DNA of 64,000 bases from Amphiscolops sp. MND2022. Its lineage: Eukaryota. The DNA is taken from the NCBI GenBank assembly GCA_964187785.1, contig OZ076409.1, positions 81,034,001 through 81,098,000 on the forward strand. Reading direction: 5' to 3'. The notes beneath the pieces were generated by a model, which worked only from the letters and a program-made list of their open reading frames with translations, had not been told where the DNA came from and ran no database searches. How positions within the stretch are numbered: position 1 is the stretch's first letter; each line of letters begins with the position of its first letter. Positions 25,561 through 37,300 of the stretch are shown here, piece after piece. Made by a program: the position numbers and the translations under genes.

Positions 25561-27858
25561 CTATTGCAGAATGCAACTAAATAAATTGAACGGAATAAGG
25601 AGCGTATATTTGCCCAAAGAAACCCCTGTCGGGAACGCTCAATTTCTTAGAAGCTTTTTAAAAGATTATCTTTTCTCAATTTTTAATCTTCAGTTTTCAA
25701 TTCAATTGGGTTTTAACTATAATTTTGTACATGAAAATTTCATGAGAAACTACGAATCCTTTCCTCTAGATCTGATTTTGGTATGAGTCTGCAGTTTGAT
25801 TGGGGTAAAAAAACTTTGGAAAAAAATATCATCAGAACTGAAATTCAGCTCTTACTAATTTCAAACAGATTTGAGCTACAAATTTGAACGTACCCTTCAG
25901 GAGTTTATTCGTCTTTATAAGATTACTACTTCGAGACGATTGGTTTCGGTCAAATTATTTGCGCTTGTCTAGAATTTGCTATATCTTGACTCGTTTGAAT
26001 AAAATGACATTCCACGTATGTACATGACTTGATAGAAACGACTTAGAACATTCAATATATATATATACCTTTTTTCACAATGAGAAATCATTCAGCTTTT
26101 GGTTTATAAGCAACTTTACGCTCCAAAATTTTCATGGTTTTCAACAAACGCCGAAACGTGCTTTTTCATCTTGCGTTGATAGTGTAAGACGTTTTTGATG
26201 TAATTTAATTTGGTTGTTTTCAATTTTGAGGCTTCTTTTTCACGAGCTTGAAAATACGAGCCGCATTTTCACGTTTGTGTCAAAGTTTTCTTCAAGTAGT
26301 GTTCGTTCAAAAATCTTTAAAAAGGAATCGCAAGAACGTAATATTGCGTTTGAACTGAGGCTTCGTTTTTTTTTAAAAAAATGTCTTGAAAGATAGGGAA
26401 AAGTTTTCAATCACAATGGAATTATTTTTTTCGCGCTAAACTTTTCTTGTTGAATAATAGTTTTCCCATTACAAAAAAATTTAGAATGACTTGCTTCTTG
26501 TTGGGAGACATTTTTATGTTGGATGTGGGTTTTAATTCCATCAATGGCCATAAATGTTTTATAAAACTGTCAATTCACTTCTTTTTGATAGACTCAATGG
26601 CGGGAAGACGTCCTAAGGTAGTTTATTACTCAACTTCTAAACAAAAACATTTATCTACTTCTGAATACCTTGAATGTTTTGGATTGCATGTCATTTTTGA
26701 ACTTTGAAAAACAACGTATGAGATGTAATGCATGAGATTCAAATGTAGGCGATGTAATTATTTCCAAAAAAAACCATTTTAAATAGGTATTCTACTTAAA
26801 GCGATCAGAACTTATTACAAAGGAATAATTGCAGTTATCTTTTTCTGAGATCTCAATAACTTGTATTGAAGGAAAATGTGTTCTTAATTTGATGATTTTC
26901 AGCTTTAAAAGATTTCAGATTCCTGAAAGTACTATGCAATGTATCCCCACTTAGACTATCTTGGTGTTTTCAACTTATATTTTTTCGGCACTATCAGACA
27001 TTTTTTCGAGAATTTTTAAATGTCTCAAAAGGGCTTCCTTCAAGTTTTTTGATATTTTGGAACAGAATGGACGTTAAAAAATCCAAACGGGCCCATCTCA
27101 CATTTTTCGGCACTGTGAGAGACTGTTCAAAAGTCTCATATTTTGTCTCATACTAGGTTTTATCTATAACTATCCACCGATAATTTTTTTCATTATCCGA
27201 TAATATTGCGGTATATCCAAATTTCTGATATTATACCGAACTATCGTAGAACGCATATGATATTGCGGTTTACTAAGAAAGAGGCAGAGGTTCGAAAACA
27301 AGGGCTCCCATTTGTCCCAGCGCGCTATATCCCATCTTTTGACCTTATATCCGAAGTAATTCGCGTTTTACTGAGGAGGAGGCGTAGAATCAAAAAAACC
27401 GGTCGTGTTTGTCTCAGCGAACATATCGTATATCTAATATTCGAACTTCTGAAGCGTTTTCCGAGCACCAAAGGGACCCTTTGGTTGTTTCGAAACTGTT
27501 TTGTGAGTTTTTTCTCAGAAAACGTCCTGATCAAATTCTGAAAAGTTTGCGCTTTTGAGCCTTATATATTGCAACGACTTTGGCCGTTGCCTGTTTATTT
27601 GGTTTTGCAAAAACAAAACCATGCATTAATGTTTCAAATCTGCGCTTTTATAATTTTTATAATTTGTTGCATTGTCTCTAATGAATAAAGAAACAATCAA
27701 CTTGATAACTTGCATCGTTCATAAAGACACAATAAACGCTTGAAAAGCGGTTAGAAATTACCCAATAAAAATGATTACCAAAAACGGCTTGGCCAAGATT
27801 TTTTAAATAACTGCCAATCGAGTCTCGTATGTTCCAAATATTGCAACGATGTAATGTC

Positions 27859-28351
27859 TGTCGGAACGTGCACAGGTCTTATCTGACGCTATACTCTGGT
27901 TGTTCCCTTCTCCAACATTGGAGGATAACTTTTCGGTTAATGCCAAAACTAATCCAGTAAGATCACTAATTTGTTTATTCATGTCCGAGAAGCGTTGATC
28001 GATCGATCTTTGTTCTAAATTGTAATCAGTACGGATAAGGTTTCCATCGTCTAACTCATCAATTTGGTCTCTAGAAAGGACCTCAGGAACACTACATTCA
28101 CTCTCTGTATCACTATTTCTATCAAGACTATCCATCCTGCTCTTGGACACTGGGATAGAACTTCTTACTTGTGAACGAGTATTGACCATTGTGAAAAATA
28201 ATTGGAGTTCAAGATTTTATTGTTTTGAAGAAAGGTATTTTAGAAGGTGTGTGAAACGTAGTTCGTTATAAATCACGAGTATGTAGGCAAGTCTAATTTT
28301 GGTGCAACACAGAAATGGTTTGTGCTTGTGTTGCTATGGTTGCATGACTCA
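27859..28351 (-). mobile_element. 3' portion of a long gypsy LTR containing a Gag N-terminus, cut by the assembly gap
   Basis: ORF MVNTRSQ...TCARSD resembles the Gag start MTTRSQ... at 62735; the Gag-like sequence appears to end at ...CCGACA, an LTR-type terminus in the same codon phase as the LTR end at 62354. Confidence 0.7.
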
Positions 28352-28551
28352 NNNNNNNNNNNNNNNNNNNNNNNNNNNNNNNNNNNNNNNNNNNNNNNNN
28401 NNNNNNNNNNNNNNNNNNNNNNNNNNNNNNNNNNNNNNNNNNNNNNNNNNNNNNNNNNNNNNNNNNNNNNNNNNNNNNNNNNNNNNNNNNNNNNNNNNNN
28501 NNNNNNNNNNNNNNNNNNNNNNNNNNNNNNNNNNNNNNNNNNNNNNNNNNN
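28352..28551. other. Scaffold gap (200 N)
   Basis: Run of 200 N; a fixed round size typical of scaffolding joins. Confidence 0.99.
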
Positions 28552-31500
28552 AAGAAAAAATATTCATGAGTTCAGAAGAAAATGCTTGGCTACTTAACAT
28601 ACTTTTTGAGAAACATTCGTCCAGTGATTTTCAAAGCAAGGCGTCCAATCATGACTTTTTAGTAAAGCTAGATTGGACTATAGGTAGATCCCAGCCACTT
28701 TTCAAAGCTTTTTGATTGATTTTACAAATAAAACTTTCACTAGAAGCCTTAATCAATTGAAAGGTGAAGATATTTTCACTCTCAAGTGAAAGTCATTGCT
28801 AATTTCGCGCAAGTCCAGTCAAAAGTCCCCGGTGTCAGGTCAACATAAGATGACAAATTCGGTAGAAAAAGTTTTTTCTTTATCAAAGTTTATTTGTATA
28901 ATCAATCAAAAAGCCTTGAGAAGTGCATGAGATCAACCCAATAGTCCAATCCAGCTTTACTTGAAAGTCACAATTGGATTGATGTGAATGAAATTGAATC
29001 TTAACAAGAAACGCAGTGGCACTGCGATTTATGGCGTATACCTAAACAACAGAAAATGAACAAGAGGGGACCTTCCGGAAATAAAAATGAAGTGATAATA
29101 TCACAAAAACTTCAATCTATGATTTTTTCTGATCGACAGAAATGCGAAGAAAAGTGAAAAAGTAAAACAAGAAAGTAAACGAAACTTTTCTGGATTCTCT
29201 TTTCAAAAAACCCAAATGTGTGACCATTTTATATGCAAACGTAAAAAAAAAACGAAACAGCGAACTTCTGGTGAAAGGTCAAAAAGTTGCAGAGAAACGA
29301 AAAATCCGTTGATATTTTCCATTATCTAGGTACAATTATTGAGAAAACTCTCACAAGTCGCACAGTAGCAAAATAACCGATAACGTCGCTCGTAGGACTT
29401 GAAAAATGATTTTCCTTAACCCAATTTATCGAGAACCTCTGGTCTCCCTTCTGCGTTTGCAAGCATAACAATGTTGGTTTAGTGCGATACTCGAACCCTC
29501 AAATTCTGCTTCACAGCCAACGTCACCACAGTCATTGAAATCAGCAATAACTGCCAGGCCAAGTGGAGAAAAAACGATTCATAATGGGTTTTAGTAGTTA
29601 TTGGCAAAAAGCTGTGGCAAAAAGATTTTACAAAGAAAAGCCGAGCTAGAACTAAGATTTTTTGTTCGTTTCAGAAACAACTAAAAATGAAGAATGATGA
29701 ATATTTTCAAAAGAATGTAAAACTTAACTGGATCAGTCAATGTGTAACTTCACTACACCACCATTGTTTTTGTTTCCAAAGTTATTATGTTTTTTTTTCA
29801 AATGGATATAATTGTTGTGTTCTAGGCTTTCTAAAATACAGTACTGTGATTAAGAAAACGTCCCCCGGGGCTATTTTAGGCTCGATTTTCTCCAAATCTG
29901 TTGAGAATTTTGAAACACATCAGAGATAAAAGTTTCTTAGAATTTCATCTAGTTTATATTAGTGTTTTTTAAATTTTTCTGAGGCAAAAATTGAGAAAGT
30001 TACAAATAGCTGATTTTGAGCAAATTTGGGACTTTTTTTCCGTTTTTCCAATTTTTGACCGGGTTATCCACATGTTTTTTTTGGCAAGTTTTATGCTCAA
30101 ATGACTCGCACAAATCTACTGAATCTATTGATAATTTCCGATTTCAAAAATTATCAACCGTTTTTGTAATATCATGCTCGAAAGGTAAAATTTGGTCGGT
30201 TTACATGTATTAAGATAGGAAATGAACGTTTCGCGGCAAAATAGTGCGATTATTTTTTCATTTAGAATGTTTTTGAAACAAAAAATATATCATTGAATTC
30301 TATACAAGCTGCAGAATTCGATGAATTTTAAATTTTCAGAAAAAAACTCAAAAACCTTCCCAAAATAGGGAAAAAAGCAGAAGTGTTCTTTCTACGCCTG
30401 AGATTTCAGTTGATGCGCCAATCAGAATTGAAAGTGAGAGCAAATAAGGCATTCTAATTGGTTGATAACGACGCTCAGCACGATTTCTTAATAGGGGGAC
30501 GATTTCTTAATCACACTACTGTAGTTTCTTTTCTATATCAAACGTCCTATAGCGTAGTAAATCATAAAGTGATATATCAGAGTTTTATGTCAAGTGTTCT
30601 TGTTTGTAAATAAGGCAGGTAATGTCTATGACCACTACTCGGTAGAGGTTAAATGTCTACACCCGGTAATTGACGGTTGAACCATATAGCAATAATAAGT
30701 TCGATTGATGAAAGTTCAGTTGGTGACAAAATTATTCTAGAAGTACCAGTTGTTTTGCGACTAGATGACTGTGTTTGTGAACCCATTCTCAAAAAAATGA
30801 GACGGGATTTTTGTAAACTCAAGTGTAATTTTGCTATCTTTTTGTGCAACTTTTCTATTAGTAGTGATGTAATGCAAAGAAATAAAAGCATCTAATGATT
30901 CAGTGTTGTTGCTGTGGTTTTGACTGGTGCTATGGTCCGTATTTCAAATTTCTGGTCATTTACAAATTGGTGTTCTACCCCTAATTGCTCAATCAGCATA
31001 ATTTTGTTAAAACAATGGTTTTGAACCGCTTTAACAGGCGAATCGCTCAACTTTGAATTTGAATGGTCGGTTATAGGCGCAGCACCGTGGAAGTGAAAGA
31101 CAGTCTGTTTTACCACCACTGAAAGCTTCTTCTTCCTTTACAAAGGTCACTTCCTTCGGTGATCTGGCTGTACTCTCAAACATCCCAACATCTTGTAAAG
31201 TGAGCGTTGTTTGGTTTCCGTCGGACAGGCATGTAGTATGGACCAAATGGGTTTCCACATCGGTAACATTCCGGTGGTATTTGTTCTGCTTTCTCGAAAC
31301 TGCTAATTGTTTTCTATGGATTTTGTTTTTTTTTCTTAGTCTTACGTGTGTACATGTGAACATGAGGTGTTTTTTGGATTGCCGGAAATTAATGTCATTG
31401 TTTCATGGTTTCAAATTTTTTGATAAAATTCATGTCAATTTGGTCATCCCAAAGAAGTCCAAAAATCTCTACAGATACATATCGTTTGATACTAATTTAT

Positions 31501-32531
31501 GTCGGTTGAATTCTCTGGGTGACACCGTTCAATTCGGATATCTCCCCATTGGAACATTGCAAAAAAAATTGAAAACGCGGCTGATTTATATATTTTCCTT
31601 TCTCTTATAAAATATGGACGGAAAATGATCAATTTCTCAGTTTAACTCAACTTACTTTCAAAAAACTTTGATTGACCGCGAGTTTAGTTATGTCGCAAAC
31701 AGCCGATAGTAAAAGTAACCTATTAGCTCTTCAAAAGTTTCAAGTTTTAGGAGGTGTTACTTGGAAATAATCAATCAATGTCTAATTTTGATGCCAATCA
31801 AACGAGAAAACTCTTAAATCGCTCATACAAAGCTTTAACACGAGATACAGTGGCACTGCAATCTTTTTCGTATACTGCTACAACACAAAAGTTCAAGAAG
31901 GGACGTTTAGGATAAAGAAAGACTTTTTCACAACCGTAAAAACCACGAAAACCCAATATTCTCTTTTTTAAAGAAAATATAGGTTCAAAAAGTCGCAAGT
32001 GGGGAATTTACAAAAAGGTGTGGCCCTGTAGGTTTGAAAACGTGTTTATAAACTGAAAAAAAATTCGTGAAAGATCGCACAGAGCCAAAAAAAGGTCCCG
32101 ATCACAAATCTTGAGAAAACTCATCAGTCCCTGTGACGTCATCTTAAACTAAAAAGGTTCATCTTTTAAATAGAAAATCGCTTATCCTCAAAAAAGTTCT
32201 AAAATTCAAAAATTATGTGGCAAAAATTTGTTCGAAAAGTCGCACAGTGCCGAAAAACCTTAAAAGGGCCATGCTGGTAAAACGCATTGTTTTTGCTAAA
32301 AATCAAAGTGGGCTTCGGTTTTAAAAAAGTTGCATAGTGCCGAAAAGAACTATAAAAGGGGTCTTTGGCTTTTCTCTACCTTCAAAGCCAAAAAATGTTT
32401 AGTTTAGAGCAGGACTCGAACACACTTTCTTGTGTTTCTCAGATTTTGTACCAAATCCTCGTTAGCTAACCTCTAGGCAAAGTGGCATATGATTTAATAA
32501 ATCTATTGAAGTTATTGCAGGAACCGGAGGA

Positions 32532-34300
32532 TGTCGCACACTGCCGCCTGTGACGGTACCCGAATTACGACCACGACGACCGGACAGGAGTCCCTACCCG
32601 GCACTTTGCCGATATTTTAAAAACTGACATTAACGATAAACTTTTGCCACATGCATTATCATGCTTTTATGTTTTATACACAATTACTATTAGTCTGTTA
32701 AAAGTACGATTTGGTAGTTCAAATCAAGTTGTTGAAATTGTTGATAAAGGCTGAGTATGAATTGAAACAGTGCAAGCAGAGTACAACTATAAGGCAGCAA
32801 AAGAAACGCGTTCAAGTGACGTAACGCTCTACTCCTGAAGCGTCACTTGAGCGCGTAGCCTTGTCCAATCAGATCGCAGTATTTGTTGTGTTAGATGTAC
32901 ATTCATTAATGGCCTAATAAGGCCCTTTGACGTAATCTCTCAGCTCAAGTGCTTTGGTCAAACGGCCGGTTCCGGCCATTTTGAATATTTGTTGCTTTGA
33001 TACCAATTATTCTTTTGATTGATTAATATTAGTACACTGATGCTAAATAACTACTACAATGAAAGATTAACTTTCATTGCTTCGGATTTAATACCATGAG
33101 ACGATTGAGGACGGTTAACAAAACCTTGATGATGCTGAATTGATAATAAGGTAATTAGCCCGTTCAGGCCCAATTGTGCAAGACACTGTATTAACTGTAC
33201 CAGAGTGTTTTAGCCCGGGCTACCATGTTCAATGCAGTATTAAATATGATTCAGATAGAGCTCTAGCCTTTACGGCTCATACATGTAAGCATATATTTTG
33301 TGCTTAAGTTGATTCAGCGGAGCCCGCGTGGTGGCACGTTCCAATGTTACATACCGCACATAACATCAAATATTTGTTGACATTCTTGAAATGATAGTTT
33401 TTGTTAGAATAGAATGATCTGTTTGAAGTTGCGGCTGATATCCTAATATTTGGTAGGGATGTTGCTATTGTGATCTCCAAGGAATGCGTAATACTAAGGG
33501 AGTGTTTGATGTCACGTTTTTTAGATATGTTATTTTACCCGTGTATTATGTAAAATAAGTGTTTGTCATTCCTACGGGGGTATATACACCTATGCTTCCA
33601 GTGGAAGGGTCAATTCTTTATCTTGCTTGATACGATTCAGTTGGTCACTAAACACCTTGTAGTTTTGCAATATCTGATTAGCTTTCCGAACAAGAATAAT
33701 TCACATATTATCTTTCGGATTCTTATCGATGCCTACTACCAGAAAACAAAAGATAGCTAGAAAGTCAAGAGGACTGGAGATGCTCTCCGACATTGAGAAT
33801 CTAGATATAATGCTAGGTGAAAACCCAGAGAGAGGGATGAGAGTCTAAATAGCAACCTTGCTAGAAGGCCTGAAAGTGCCGTTAGTAATGATTTCCAAAA
33901 TGAAGGTGAGAATACACATTTGAACCCCGGAATTGCCAATTCAGGTCTTAATACCGATGTTGATCAAAATTCAGCAACTGCGAACTCTAGCGCTGAGGTT
34001 AATGGACTGTTGAGTGAGCTGAACTCTAGGATATCTAGGGAGATGGACGAGATGATCAACAGTGTCAATGTCAAAGAGCCATTAGTGATGCCATTAGCAA
34101 TCAAGTTTTACCACAGATTCAAAATGCCATCAAGGCCGGTTCAGGACATACGACCAAGAGAGGATGGAACGTTCCGGCTGAGAGACCGGAAGAAAATCCC
34201 GAAGTTTTGCAAAGTGAAAAGACCAGATGTGACCTAAGAAGTGAGCAAATCCAGAGTCGTCCTCACGATGACCACCTTGATGATCATATTGCTTACGACA
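32532..34300 (+). mobile_element. Solo LTR (1769 bp) of a long-LTR Ty3/gypsy family, containing a frameshifted Gag N-terminus
   Basis: Termini TGTCG...CGACA; 5-bp TSD GAGGA (32527-32531 and 34301-34305); ORF from ATG 33729, MPTTRKQK...MLSDIENLDIMLGEN...ELNSRISREMDEM...AYD, runs to the LTR end. Confidence 0.88.
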
Positions 34301-37300
34301 GAGGAGGAAAAGAGTTTGAACATTCTCCGGCTAAAACTGAGTTTATCCTTTTCTCAAAACATCGACAAATAACAAGCTGTGGCGGCCAAATCGGCTCCCC
34401 GATTAAAAAAAAGCAGTTTCAAATATGCAACAGAACAATCATTGAGGAAATTTTTAATCAAGTTTTTTTACGTGGTATCCGATTTATATAACTGTATTCG
34501 TCTCTTCCAAAAAAGTGAATGCAATAAGTATGATTCAGTTTGCAAAGATGAACATTTAGGCCTTAGCTAGATTCATTGATAATAACATTTTAAAATTCAT
34601 TTTCATAACCAATGGTTCTTTTGATTACGTTTCAAGTTTCTGGTTTGCACATTCATGCGTCTCTTGTCTCTCACCTGCCTTTTCAGCTGGGGTGCCTTGT
34701 TAGTAAAGTGATTTCAAAAGTCTAGTTGGAAGACTTGGATTTTTTTTTTTACAAATTTTACAAAAAAAATTCTTGTAGAGGTTTTTGTTTGGGAGCTTTC
34801 AGTTCACTATAGTTCAACTTTCGAATTCACTTCGAACTTCATGTTTCTACATTCTTCTGGCGTTTTTTCAACAGAAAAAGATTAACTTTCTGAGTGCACA
34901 CTGAGCGCCGGAAACTTCCGTCCTAAAATTGTTTGCATAACAATTTCTCAGCTAGACCGTAGTCAACTTATGGCAATGAAAAAAAAACAGAAATTATATT
35001 CCCACTCCTTTTAGCAGCATTTTCTCTTTCAAAATAATCATTGAGGGGCTACATTTTTTATAGTTCAACCCTGAATAGAACTTTTCAAATTTAAGCTTCT
35101 TCATATTTCGGTGTTTTTCAAACCCTTCATGCTGTGCTGTCTGCTGTGCATTATTGTTGCTTAAAGAAAAGTTGCGTGTACACTTTGTTTTAAAGTTCTC
35201 ATTTCTCCACAAAGAAATTTGAAGACTCATTGTTTCAGATAAATCTATTAAGCGGAAGAAGTCAAGTGTTTTTAGTCCAAGACGGTAGATAACGTCCGAC
35301 CGAAGAAATAGCATCCCAAAGTTTTGCTAGTGAATATAATAACGTCCAAAGAAGGCAGAGTGATCTGCCACGGTGCCCAAAATGCAGGAGCGAAGCGGAG
35401 CGACGTGCCATTATCGGTATAGCGGCTGGTTCTGACAAACGTCAGGTTTTTGACCGAGGAGGAACCCCGAGTCACACAACTAATTTTTCAATTAGTTTTC
35501 AGTTTTAGATTGTTTCTATGGAGAAAATTTCTGGACTTAAGTCCCGATAAATAGTCTTATTTCCAAATTGCTTTGGGCGTTATTTCCTACAACCCAGTTC
35601 GTTTCTTTCGTCAATTGACAAGATGTATTAATTCAACCAGACATTGTCTACAGACTTTGGTCAAGCCGCTATCAACGTGAGCAAATATAAAAGAGGCAAG
35701 AAGATACACCGCTTCATGTTTTTTTTTCAAATCTCGAAAAAATTAAGACTGCGAGGGCGGGGAGAATTTCCTAAGAATCTAACTCTATCAGAGAAAAAAA
35801 GGATTTTTGGTGAGTACGTACGGCTCTTTGTCTCGTGTATCCGCTGATGCAAGATATCTGCAGTGGGCTCAAGGTATTAGGCTCACTTGAAATGACTAAG
35901 AAAAACGAAGTAAGGTTCCAATTAGTTTTTATGAAGAAAGTCAAATCGTTCTATAACAATTATCACTAATTTAAAATTATTCCAAGTATTCGTGATTCAG
36001 CAATCTGAGTGAAAGCACCGAACACAAGTTTCCGACTTATTGAAACTCAATCTATAGCTCCAGGAGCTAGCGACTGACTAGTTCCTTTTGCTAAGCCAAG
36101 TTTCTTGCGTGTCTCCAGGCTCAACATGCTTGTAGCTCTCTTATTCGATTGTGTTTCATCCCGTATGATGCAATTCCGCCTCGATTATGTGTGTTCAACG
36201 CGCGTGTTTCGGGTGTTTACGTCTTCGCATTCTATCCTACTCGACGTTTACTTTACTGAGCCTCGGCATCTGAAGTTTTCGTGTGATCCCTTTCATGTTT
36301 ACAAATTCCTTTAATGTCATAGTCAACGCCTCTAGTTATACATGCTTAACTATCAATTGTTCCGCAACCCGACTGAAGTTTTTTCAAATGTCGACGCAAT
36401 CGCTCAAAGACCTTCATTTACACGGTTTACATACGGTTCACACGTGAGAGGTACTTTTACGTTATTATGTTCAATTCATCGCGAATCTTCTCCTCTAACT
36501 GAAACTCAAAAAATTTGAGACTCGCCTGTGACCCTTAGGCTTATTGTAATCATCGAAAGTTGCTGCATTCCACGTTCTTAGTCAGCGTTTTCAAAGAAAA
36601 TGCACGATTCTTACAGTGGCTAATTTTTTTCGTCAGTTCAACGCGATCGGTCCACTTTTTTGTTTTTTGTTCAACTTTTTCGCCGGCTAATTTTCTTGGG
36701 TCTGAGACGCAGGAGAGCGTGGGTTCGAGTCTCGCACTAAACCACAAAACTTCCTTATGTTTGCGTAATCCTTATGCCTTTGGATGTTTCGGCACTATGC
36801 GACTTTTTTTTCGGAAAATTGTTGAATTCTTTCAAACGGTACCTCCTGATTTTAATTGAAGCTTCCGGTTTGTAAAAAACGTTATGTGAGCCTAAAGGGT
36901 CTCTTTTAGGGTTTTTCGGCAATATGCGACTGTTTTTACCAAATCCTTTTTTAAAAAAGCTTTTTTCCAAAATCAAGTGAGTTTTTTCTAAGGTTTCCAG
37001 TTCAAAAAAAAGCTATTTTCGAGTTTCGGGGAAAACTCTTTCGGGTATTTTTCGGCACTGTGTGATAATTGAAAAACTCCACAATAGTTGTTTCTTGAGT
37101 ATTTTTGAGCCTTAGATATGACACCGACTTGGGCCGTTCCCGGCTTGTTAGTTCTAGGGTCAATGGTCTCAAAGTTACATGATGTGCGTATGGTTTGTTT
37201 ACTTGTTTACTTAAAGCAGTTACCACCGCATGGGTTTCAAATACCGTTCAATTCACGCTAGCAATCGACAACCTTCGTAATTGCTTCAAATGCCTCTTTT

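Noticed and set aside
34994-35314. EKFYSGLN and KGV motifs reminiscent of Polinton DNA polymerase B
   Set aside because: The motifs are in the reverse order to PolB and no other Polinton genes or TIRs are present
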